Made by a program: the position numbers and the translations under genes. A stretch of DNA of 64,000 nucleotides from an uncultured Syntrophomonadaceae bacterium (GTDB taxonomy: Bacteria > Bacillota > Dethiobacteria > DTU022): positions 48,221 to 112,220 of the forward strand of contig CAZPFS010000001.1 of the NCBI GenBank assembly GCA_964585925.1, written 5' to 3'. Positions 38,849-46,966 of the stretch are shown here, piece after piece. Below the pieces are notes generated by a model, which made no database searches, was not told the DNA's origin, and worked only from the letters and a program-made list of their open reading frames with translations. Each line of letters opens with the position of its first letter. The first letter of the stretch is position 1.

Positions 38849-39553
38849 TCAGTTAGAATTAGCGGCAGATATAAACTCCCGTATTTCGTCAACCGGCTGA
38901 TAAAAAATATCCTGAACAGGCCCCAACTGCTTAATTTGGCCCTCTGCCAGTACAACAATTCTATTTGCAAGTTCCTGGGCCTCGTTAAAATCATGGGTGA
39001 CATAGATCATCGTTAAATTTAACCGGCTGTGAAGCAATACTAATTCCTTACGGATATTTTTAGCAGTAGTAGGGTCTAGACTGCACAGCGGCTCATCTAA
39101 AAGCAAAATCCTTGGTTCCAGGATGATGGAACGTGCTAACCCAACCCGTTGTTTTTCACCACCGCTTAGATCTCTAGGATAACGCTTTTTTAAATAGGTT
39201 ATATGAAGAAGATCCAGGATCTCTTCAACCTTTCCAGTTATTTTACCAGCCTGGCAGGCACCAGCCCGCAGGCCAAAAGCAACATTGTCAAAGGTATTCA
39301 GGTGGGGAAACAGGTGGATGTCCTGAAACAGATAGCCTACATTACGCCTTTCTGTGGAGACATTGTTCATATTTTCCTGATTGAAATACACGTCACCTTT
39401 GTATTTTGTCAAACCTGCAATCACATTGAGTAGCGTGCTCTTGCCCGCGCCGGTAAAACCCAACACCGCCATGAGTTCACCGGCCTCAATATCCAGGTTT
39501 ATATTTTTCAGGCAATATGGTGTGCTAATATTTCGTAAACAAATAAAAGACAT
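38849..39553 (-). CDS. ABC transporter ATP-binding protein (CysA/ModC/WtpC-like)
   Basis: GFTGAGKST, FQDIHLFPHL, LSGGEKQRV, LLLDEP, YVTHD. Start at ATG 39553 after GGAGG; no C-terminal regulatory domain. Confidence 0.88.
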   Translation of the reverse strand: MSFICLRNISTPYCLKNINLDIEAGELMAVLGFTGAGKSTLLNVIAGLTKYKGDVYFNQENMNNVSTERRNVGYLFQDIHLFPHLNTFDNVAFGLRAGACQAGKITGKVEEILDLLHITYLKKRYPRDLSGGEKQRVGLARSIILEPRILLLDEPLCSLDPTTAKNIRKELVLLHSRLNLTMIYVTHDFNEAQELANRIVVLAEGQIKQLGPVQDIFYQPVDEIREFISAANSN

Positions 39554-39555
39554 TT

Positions 39556-40308
39556 TTACCTCCAGGCACCTGTAATTCTGTTTTCCAACCACAAAAACAA
39601 TCGCTCGAAGATGGAACACATCAATGACAATACAACTAAACAAACCATAATAATATCAACTCTGATCAAGTTTTCTGCATTATTCAACAGGGCACCAATC
39701 CCCGTGGGGATGGCAAACATTTCTGCTGCAATAACCGTGCGCCAGACCATTCCTGCTTCCAGTCGCAGACCGGTAAAAATATTGGGCGAAGCCATCGGAA
39801 GTATAATATGCCAAAGGATGTACCACGAAGATGCCCCAAGGGTACGGGCAGCTTTTATATACTCTCGTTTTACCTCTTTTATTCCCGTCAGAGTGTTGTA
39901 AGTTACCGGGAAAAAAGCGCAGATAAAAATCAGGGTAACGGGTAAGGCCTCATTAATGCCAATCCAGAGCATTAACAGCGGCAGCCACCCTAAAGTCGGG
40001 ATTGGAAACAATATACTTATCAGCGGTCCCAAACTGCGTTCCACAACCTTGTTTATCCCCATAATCGTACCCACAAACAATCCGGCCAGGCTTCCCAAAA
40101 TATAGCCGACGAGGACCCTCCCGAAGCTTGCTCCCAGGCTTTTTAGAAGTATCCCGTTATTTAGAAGAGAGCAAAATTCCTTAAACACCTTGCTTAAAGG
40201 TGGAAATAACGGCGTTTGGGTCACATGCCCTGCTATTTCCCATAAAACAAGAAATAAGCCTATGGGGACAAGTGATAAACAGTGGTCCTTTGATATTTTT
40301 CGCTTCAT
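39556..40308 (-). CDS. ABC transporter permease (SsuC/TauC/NitT type)
   Basis: PPLSKV...SFGRVLVGY, IPTLGWLPLLMLWIG, EAA loop (YIKAARTLGAS), WRTVIAAEM. Confidence 0.88.
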   Translation of the reverse strand: MKRKISKDHCLSLVPIGLFLVLWEIAGHVTQTPLFPPLSKVFKEFCSLLNNGILLKSLGASFGRVLVGYILGSLAGLFVGTIMGINKVVERSLGPLISILFPIPTLGWLPLLMLWIGINEALPVTLIFICAFFPVTYNTLTGIKEVKREYIKAARTLGASSWYILWHIILPMASPNIFTGLRLEAGMVWRTVIAAEMFAIPTGIGALLNNAENLIRVDIIMVCLVVLSLMCSIFERLFLWLENRITGAWR

Positions 40309-40327
40309 TAGAAGCTCATCCTTTACC

Positions 40328-41356
40328 CTAATCAACCGCCATTATCTCTTCCGCAGCAAAAGATTTCGTTAAATATCCCAGGGCATACATCTTGTCGATA
40401 ACAGATTGTACCTCTTTAATGTTGATATCCGGTGTCATTTTTAGATTGCTTATAGATTCAGCGGCAAGTTCAGGGGTTACTTCCAGATTAGCCTCCGGAC
40501 TTTGCGTCTCTTCTTTTACCATGGCCTGGTTTATGTTAAGATTCTGAGCTACAATTGCGGCAGTTTCCTGCGGATTTTCATTCATCAGCCTCATGCTTTT
40601 CAGATTAATCTCTTTCAATTTTTCTACAGTTCCCGGCTGATTCTTTAATAAAGCATCCGTGACCACAAGAACGCTTCCCTGCATATCCGGCCAGATATCG
40701 GCACTTTTTAGCAGCATTCTCATCCCGGGATACGAGGCGGCCAGGGCTGCAAAATGTTCAGGAACAAATACGGCATCGACTTTGCCATTGCGCAAGGCCA
40801 TAAGCTGTTTGGCCGCATTCATCCGTACTGTATTGGCCATAATCCTTTCAGGATTCAGGTTTTCTTTTTCAATTAGAAGTATTTGCAAAAAATCTGTTGT
40901 AGTTCCCTGTGGACCATTGGCTGTCTTAATTCCAACCCTCTCAAGATCGCTTATTTCCTTAATTTTGGTACCGTTTACTACCAGCCCATAACCGTTCTTA
41001 TGCGTACCAGAAATTATTTTGATAGGCACGCCCCCATTGGCATAAGTAAAGATCGCAGGAACCAAACACATATAACTGGCATCGAACCCTCCCTTGGTGA
41101 AGGCTGCAGCCACCCCTACGCCACTGGCATATACCTTGACATCATTTATCTTAATGCCCGCCTCTTGAAAAAGATTTTTCCCCTGGGCATAATAGAAAGC
41201 AGCTGCGTGGTCAGTATACTCAACCGCAACATTAAGACTGATCTCTTCTTCATGGGGCTCCTGAATTACAGTTTTTATTTGGGTCTGGCTGCAGCCAACA
41301 ATCAAAAATAATAAACTTCCAACGATAAAATAACAAATAAACTTCTTTTTCATCAT
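40328..41356 (-). CDS. ABC transporter substrate-binding lipoprotein (NitT/TauT/SsuA/NMT1-like fold)
   Basis: Lipobox LIVGC; pattern DHAAAFYYA..KNLFQEAGI, GKVDAVFVPEHF, IWPD...SVLVV typical of NrtA/SsuA-class proteins. Confidence 0.82.
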   Translation of the reverse strand: MMKKKFICYFIVGSLLFLIVGCSQTQIKTVIQEPHEEEISLNVAVEYTDHAAAFYYAQGKNLFQEAGIKINDVKVYASGVGVAAAFTKGGFDASYMCLVPAIFTYANGGVPIKIISGTHKNGYGLVVNGTKIKEISDLERVGIKTANGPQGTTTDFLQILLIEKENLNPERIMANTVRMNAAKQLMALRNGKVDAVFVPEHFAALAASYPGMRMLLKSADIWPDMQGSVLVVTDALLKNQPGTVEKLKEINLKSMRLMNENPQETAAIVAQNLNINQAMVKEETQSPEANLEVTPELAAESISNLKMTPDINIKEVQSVIDKMYALGYLTKSFAAEEIMAVD

Positions 41357-41430
41357 TATCCGGACTTAATCTATTTCTCCTCTCGGCGTTTGGAACATAA
41401 CCTGGGTTTAAGTAAAAGAACTGAACAAAT

Positions 41431-41467
41431 AAAAAAGGGCTCCGATTAAGTAAGGTTATCGAAACCC
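41431..41467 (-). terminator. Intrinsic terminator in the ABC operon leader (riboswitch expression platform)
   Basis: Minus strand GGGUUUCGAU-N11-AUCGGAGCCC followed by UUUUUU. Confidence 0.75.
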
Positions 41468-41490
41468 GCCAATAATGTTTTTCGTTTCAG
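41446..41490 (-). other. Candidate 14-codon leader ORF with CUG start (KRKTLLAGFDNLT)
   Basis: AGGAGG 6 nt upstream of CTG; the ORF covers the 5' arm of the terminator and stops at the loop/3' arm junction. Confidence 0.35.
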
Positions 41491-41493
41491 TGA

Positions 41494-41635
41494 TTACCTC
41501 CTTTCCAAAACCAAGGGAGGGCAAACTGTTTCCAGCTAGCCCCAACCATCAGTTGATGGTGGGCAGGCTCCCATAAACATTGCTTCCAGGCAGGCGCCTG
41601 AAAAATGTTCTCCAGGGAAGATGGCTTAGAGATAA
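41494..41635 (-). ncRNA. Moco (molybdenum/tungsten cofactor)-class riboswitch
   Basis: 142 nt. P1 UUAUCUCU/GGAGGUAA, 5' CUCUAAGCC, internal hairpin ACCAUC-AACU-GAUGGU, GNRA stem AGCUG-GAAA-CAGUU, and 3' GCCCUCCC...UGGAAAGGAG matching the Moco motif's conserved 3' signature. Confidence 0.85.
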
Positions 41636-41658
41636 ATAAGTATTGTTATCTTGAGTCA

Positions 41659-41687
41659 ATTATATTACAAGCCTTATACTTAGACAA
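41659..41687 (-). promoter_or_regulatory. Sigma-A promoter for the riboswitch-ABC operon
   Basis: TTGTCT-N17-TATAAT on the minus strand, about 25 nt upstream of P1. Confidence 0.7.
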
Positions 41688-41693
41688 GTATAA
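41674..41693. promoter_or_regulatory. Palindromic operator candidate overlapping the -35 box
   Basis: TTATACTT-AGAC-AAGTATAA: perfect 8-4-8 inverted repeat. Confidence 0.5.
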
Positions 41694-41714
41694 CCCTTCG
41701 GCTTTGGATCGCTG

Positions 41715-42946
41715 GGTAGATTGCAAGTTTAATTGCCCACCATATTTTACCAGCCACACTAAGCTGCCAGGTAAATGTCATTGGCTGTTTTGTATCCAAA
41801 CATTTTTCTTGGATAATTATTCATCCATTGCTCAACTCGCCTGATGTCGCGAGCAGTTAATTTGCCGATGTCCGTTCCCTTGGGAATGAAGCGGCGGATT
41901 AACTTGTTGGCATTTTCGTTACTGCCCCTCTCCCATGCGCTGTAGGGGTGGGCGTAGTAGCAAATGGACCGATTCTTTCCCGCCCGCAGGCAGGACGCCT
42001 CAAGGCTTTTACTGTCTATGAACTCACTTCCGTTATCCATGGTGAAGCTCTTGAACCGCCTGCTGAACTGGCCCCTGTGTTTTCTCTCAAGCCTATCCAG
42101 TGCTTCTTTTACGCTTTGCTGCCTCTTGTTCGGGATCTTGCAGATCAGCTCCCTACGGCTGACACGCTCCGTCATCACCAGCAAGCAGGCTTTCCCGCTC
42201 CCCACAACCAAATCCATTTCCCAATGCCCGAGCTCTTCTCTGTTGTTGACCACTGCCGGCCTTTCTTCGATGCTGCGCCCTTTGAGATTATTAATGGCTA
42301 CCTTCCGGACATTTCGGTATTTGCGTTTCTTGCCCTTTCTTTTAACCGGTAGATTCTTGTTTGTAAGATTCAGGAAATCCCCTCTGTCTATCATGTTGTA
42401 CACTGTCTTTGTGCATAGCGTTACCTCAAAGGCCAGCCCTTTAGTTTTGATTTCACCTAAGGCCGCATCGGGTGAAAAATTATCCTCACCTATGCGCTTT
42501 TCTAAATGCCGGGCCAGCTTATGGTCATGCCCAATTTTCAATCCACGGCCTTTGTTCGCTGCATTTTCCCGCGCTCTTCGCTGTCCAACATCCGCTGCAT
42601 ATACCTCTTCATCCCAGAAGTCCTTTATGGCAGGATTGCGGCTTGCATACGGGTTCTCCCGCCGTTGCGTGAAAGTCCCACGCCTGATCTCCCTTTCAAT
42701 TGTCCTGCGGTGACGTCCCAGTATCCTAGCGATCTCCCCTGGTTTGTACCCTTCACCTAGAAACCCCTCAATTTTGTACCGTTCTTTTTCGCTTAGATGC
42801 TTCCACCTTTTACAGCCCGTGATATGATTGTCTTGGCCCATCCTACGCCACCTCCGTTGCCTGTTGTGTGCAACTTCAGTGTAACTGATCTGGCTCTGGA
42901 TGGGCTGTTTTTTTACAACCCTGGGCAATTCATTTTACAATTATCC
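41715..42946 (-). mobile_element. IS30-family insertion sequence with a 16-bp target-site duplication
   Basis: Imperfect 25-bp IRs (GGTAGATTGCAAGTTTAATTGCCCA / GGATAATTGTAAAATGAATTGCCCA) flanked by direct repeat CGGCTTTGGATCGCTG at 41699-41714 and 42947-42962. Confidence 0.9.
41759..42841 (-). CDS. IS30-family DDE transposase
   Basis: HTH (HLSEKERYKIE...LGRHRRTIEREIRR), GHWEMDLV, TMDNGSEF, WERGSNENANKLIRRFIPKG. The ORF-track start at 42928 lies inside the IR, so ATG 42841 is preferred. Confidence 0.93.
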   Translation of the reverse strand: MGQDNHITGCKRWKHLSEKERYKIEGFLGEGYKPGEIARILGRHRRTIEREIRRGTFTQRRENPYASRNPAIKDFWDEEVYAADVGQRRARENAANKGRGLKIGHDHKLARHLEKRIGEDNFSPDAALGEIKTKGLAFEVTLCTKTVYNMIDRGDFLNLTNKNLPVKRKGKKRKYRNVRKVAINNLKGRSIEERPAVVNNREELGHWEMDLVVGSGKACLLVMTERVSRRELICKIPNKRQQSVKEALDRLERKHRGQFSRRFKSFTMDNGSEFIDSKSLEASCLRAGKNRSICYYAHPYSAWERGSNENANKLIRRFIPKGTDIGKLTARDIRRVEQWMNNYPRKMFGYKTANDIYLAA

Positions 42947-43351
42947 CGGCTTTGGATCGCTGTGAACCCCCTTTTTTGCCCCCTACCCGATCAAATTACC
43001 AGAATTGCCCAGGCGCTAACCGCCAGAGATGAAATTTTATTAGATAACACGCTACTGTTTTCGAGATATTTTGAACCGTGTCACACTCGAACAGTTTACT
43101 GGTAAATTCACCGGCTACCTTGGATGGTATAATGAGCACTTTAAAATCCCACTCGTAATAACCAAATTAATTACAGCCGGAACATTGAACAACTAACTGA
43201 AGAGTCTAAAAAGGGGAGGAATAGAATTGAGGATTTCATGGAATATTGATTCACTACATGAAGCATTAACAGGAGATTATAAACGCGCTCAGCTTAAATT
43301 CCTCCGTATATTTTCTCCTTGCTTCTCCCACTTCCCTGAACACCTCCTGGG

Positions 43352-43762
43352 ATGATTATAGTATCTTATCTCAGTGTCCAGCAAACCGGGGGAGGGCTAG
43401 ACTACCTCCTGACTTTTTTAGTCCAGGCTTTCGTTCGTACCCTCGGAAATGGCCAGGAGAGGGATATCCTTTTTAAGGGGAAGGAGCATTTTGCCCAAAG
43501 CAGTGCCAAGATAACAATTGTTGGGGCAGATCACTAGGGTATCTACTTTATAGAAGACAATGCAATAATGGCATATAGGTTTTGATGGGGGGGGGTTAAC
43601 AAAGCAATTTATGGGGATGGTTCCAAGAGTTCTAAGATGATCGAGGACCGTATATTTTTTAATGTAGGGGGTGGCAATATACCTTCCGAAGAGGGGGGGC
43701 TTTATTATTGTGACCTAAGAAACAACCAAATCATAGAAATATACGAAAAACCCGGAGGGATG
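43352..43762 (+). pseudogene. Decayed gene, possibly a beta-propeller-like extracellular protein, truncated by an IS21 remnant
   Basis: ORFs 43352-43537 and 43637+ are in the same frame, separated by in-frame TAG and TGA (GADH*GIYFIEDNAIMAYRF*WGG...GGLYYCDL); the sequence switches to the IS21 end at 43763. Confidence 0.4.
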
Positions 43763-44110
43763 TGTCAATGGCCAGTTGAGAATGAACATTTGGCCACGAA
43801 AAGTAGTCAACTAAAAAATGGTAATAGGCTTCTTTTTCACCCCTCCTTTACTTTGGTTAGCCCAGGGGGTACCAGGCGGTTACGTACCCGGTAGCTGGCC
43901 CCACGCAGGGTAATCACATGAGCATGATGTAGCAGACGGTCAAGGACCGCCGCCGCGGTGCCGGGGCTTGCAAACAGGGTTCCCATTCACTGAAATCAAG
44001 ATTGCTTGTAACCACCAGGGAGACGTTCTCGTATGCCCTGCTGACCAATTGGAATAGGTGATCGGAGGCGGCCTTGCCCAAGGTAAGATAGCCGAATTTA
44101 CCGCCGGCCG
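43763..44110 (-). mobile_element. istB: IS21-family remnant (terminal repeat plus istB 3' fragment)
   Basis: Minus strand KFGYLTL...DHLFQLVSRAYE...VTSNLDFSEW...AAAVLDRLLHHAHVITLRGASYR with frameshifts; terminus TGTCAATGGCCAGTTGAGAATG at 43763. Confidence 0.8.
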
Positions 44111-44279
44111 GAACGGCATCACTGCTGCCCGAAATAAGCCATGATTCATTTTGATCTTTTACCAGGGTATATTCAACGGTACTTTCATTTCCAGCGGTGT
44201 TTGGCGCGTGTACTTTTATTTGTTAAGGTTTGGCTCATCTTTGAGGAATATAAATTTAAAGTGATCCGTTACCATAATG

Positions 44280-44825
44280 TTAATTTGCTTGCCGGGATAG
44301 GTGGCGCCCACTTCGTTGCCGATAGCGCAAGATTGATCTTCCGCAGCTCAATCTCGACCATTGCCGGGGTGAAAAAGGGGGCAAATATCCTTGCCACATT
44401 TTGGAGGTTTTGGCAAAGTCTCCAGTTATCTCAAAAACCTTTTGTTCGTTTAATTTTCCGATAACCTTGTCCTTGATTTCATACTTAATCTGGCACTTCA
44501 GCTGATCGGCTTCGATCAAGAACTTGATTATTTCATCCTTTGGGGTTTCATCATGTTTGTCTGCCCCCTCACCGGTTGTGTCAAATCCCGATTCTTGATC
44601 CTGCCCAGGTTCCAATTTTTGTGCAAGCAGGTCTTTGAGGAAGCCGGGAAGGGGTGTGGCTATGCCTGCCCTATGCAAGAAGTGGCGCGCTTAGGATTAC
44701 CACAGGACGGGCAATAGTCATGATTTATTCCTATCCACCGGGATCTGGGGGCCCTCCCCACCGCAATTGGCGCAAAACCGATCGCCTGTGTTCAATCTGT
44801 TACCGCACTGTGGACAGTTAGCCAT
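44280..44825 (-). pseudogene. Zinc-ribbon protein pseudogene
   Basis: RBS GGAGGG plus ATG 44825: MANCPQCGNRLNTGDRFCANCG, then a stop; a second YCPSCG in another frame; downstream ORF fragment 44280-44678. Confidence 0.5.
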
Positions 44826-45381
44826 TGTTTTCCCTCCTGATTTTACTGGATTTAACATGGTATAGATGGCTCAACTTTAACCCGGGGCCATGAACAAAAA
44901 TACCAATACACCCCCTTACCCTGCTTCCATGTACAAGGGGAAGGGGCAGGTAAAAAATGCGTTGGATCCGGAGGAATGAAATTGCGGATCAAAATTCCCT
45001 CCAAATGTTCCTGTTTGTCTGATGCTGATTGTTCATCTTTTTAGCGTGTCGGTCCATTTTCATACTCCGAGAGAATATTGTGGTTCCAAGTTTCAATATC
45101 CTATCAAGAGGCATTATTTCCCTGCCTGGAGGGCTCCCAGCCGTTGAACAGATGGGGGCATTACAAGTGTGAAAATGGAAACAAACGCCTTCCCGCCTGG
45201 TTATCCCCCCGGGGACAATTGGGCGTGGGCAGCGACAGGCCCCCGGGGTGGGATTATCGCCCGAATTGGATGGCAGGTATTAAATTGTAACTTGTAGGAA
45301 CTCTCATAAAATAAATACCAAAAGGAAGTTACCCGAACCCGCCCCCGGGTATGGGAAATCGGTAATGAGGGGAGGTATAGC

Positions 45382-45979
45382 ATGCCTTACTGTCCTGATT
45401 GTGGAAATGCGGTAGATATTGGGGATAGTTATTGCGCCAAGTGCGGTGGGAATTGGAATCCAGGGAAACTCCCGGTATTGGTGAAAAATAACCTGATTAC
45501 TCAATAAGTATTCATAACCCCCGCAAGATTTCACTGGCACCTTTTATTTTCGTTTTTATATACCTTTCGTGACGGTTTCTTGTGAGGGCAATGATATTGC
45601 TACGCTTTCTACCATGAACCTAGCCATCGGTAAAAGCGTCGGGGATGAGACCATACATGGCAATGATCTGGCCATTTTCATATTGGTTTTAATACTTGCT
45701 GGGGTTGCCCTTTACTTTTGGGCAAAGGATCTGTCGTATCTGGTTTCCGCGGGTGTTTCATTTTTATGCCTCATATTATTGATAATTTTGAAGGCGGGCA
45801 TCAGCCAAAAGGTGCCGAAGGGGGCAGGGCAGGATCTATTTTCCCTTTCGGTCACCGTCAAGTACCGGGTCGGATACTATCTGGAATTTTTATCAATGTT
45901 GGCATTAACAGCCCTTAACGGATATGTTGTCGGGAAAGAGGGTGTCCTGAAACAATTAAAAAGCAGACATTCAAAATAA
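45382..45979 (+). pseudogene. Zinc-ribbon plus multi-TM protein, frameshifted
   Basis: RBS GGAGG plus MPYCPDCGNAVDIGDSYCAKCG (stop at 45505); the continuation (KISLAPF... / PFVTVSCEG...) joins the TM ORF 45569-45979 only via frameshifts. Confidence 0.55.
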
Positions 45980-45983
45980 TGTA

Positions 45984-46019
45984 TACAAGACACCCTTTCT
46001 TAAAAAGGGGTGTTTTGTA
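45984..46019. terminator. Hairpin terminator
   Basis: TACAAGACACCCTTT / AAAGGGGTGTTTTGTA imperfect inverted repeat. Confidence 0.5.
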
Positions 46020-46210
46020 AGTACATATGATTCGTTATTGTTTCGTGGATGCCAGGAAGTCTGCGAATAGCAAATTATAAGACAAACGATTAGCGGATCC
46101 CGGAACCTGGCATCAAAACCTTTAGGATCCGGCATACATTCGATAGGTAAGTGGTGCACTATATGAGATGCCAATCAACTGACAACCAAACATGAAAAAC
46201 CAGAGCATAT

Positions 46211-46256
46211 AAATAAAAAGAGCGCGCTGCTACACCCTTGTAACATCGCGCGCTCT
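46211..46256 (-). terminator. Intrinsic terminator downstream of tRNA-Trp
   Basis: AGAGCGCGC/GCGCGCTCT stem with inner TGTTACA/TGTAGCA pairing, followed by a U-tract on the minus strand. Confidence 0.75.
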
Positions 46257-46263
46257 GTCTCTT

Positions 46264-46339
46264 TGGCAGGGGAGAGAGGACTTGAACCCCCAGCCTACGG
46301 TTTTGGAGACCGTTGCTCTGCCAGTTGAGCTACTCCCCT
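46264..46339 (-). tRNA. trnW: tRNA-Trp (CCA)
   Basis: 76 nt AGGGGAGTAGCTCAACTGGCAGAGC-AACGGT-CTCCAAA-ACCGT...GGTTCAAGTCC...CCCCTGCCA; anticodon CCA, encoded CCA end. Confidence 0.97.
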
Positions 46340-46350
46340 TTGCCTAATTC

Positions 46351-46379
46351 ATTTTAATGGGCCCTACAGGGTTTGTCAA
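46351..46379 (-). promoter_or_regulatory. Sigma-A promoter of tRNA-Trp
   Basis: TTGACA-N17-TAAAAT on the minus strand, 11 nt upstream of the tRNA. Confidence 0.8.
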
Positions 46380-46828
46380 TGCCGCCACCGGAATCGGAGC
46401 GGGGCAGAACAGTGGGAAACGCCCTGAAAATGGCTGTTTGGAACCTCAGGCCAAGCGGCCTGATTCATCCGACCATGGTTCAAAGTACACCTTATTATGG
46501 CAGGAGAAACTGCCCGTCCGAATGCCGGGCCGACCTGCCAACCATCAGTTCCACAATCTTTATTGGAGGTTTATATAATTGCAGGGGGCGGTATTCCACG
46601 TAAAGATCCTTTGTAGCAACAAAATTTGAAGGGATTTGGTTCAATCAAGCGAAATTAAGATGTACAGTGTAAAAACCAAGTATTTTCTCCTTGCTGAACC
46701 GAAGCAACTCCATAGGGAACACATTGGGGAGGTTTTCCGCCAATGGCCCAGCAAAATTTCATGGCTTTGACAAGTAATCAATATTTAGGTAAGGAAATTA
46801 ATGCGCCGGATTTTCAAAAGGAGGGATC

Positions 46829-46844
46829 TGTATACGTATATACA
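46829..46844. promoter_or_regulatory. Palindromic regulator-site candidate upstream of patA
   Basis: TGTATA-CGTA-TATACA (TGT-N10-ACA). Confidence 0.35.
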
Positions 46845-46966
46845 TAACCTGTCAACCGGTGCCCAAATAGCGGAGATTGATTGGAATTGCGGCGATTAAT
46901 GCCCAATGCCGCAAATGCTGTGAACGTTATTTTAAAAACAGAAGGGATTTTGGGAGGGAGTAAAAA

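Noticed and set aside
34400-46263. Intact integrative element at tRNA-Trp
   Set aside because: No integrase and no duplicated tRNA 3' end found by eye.
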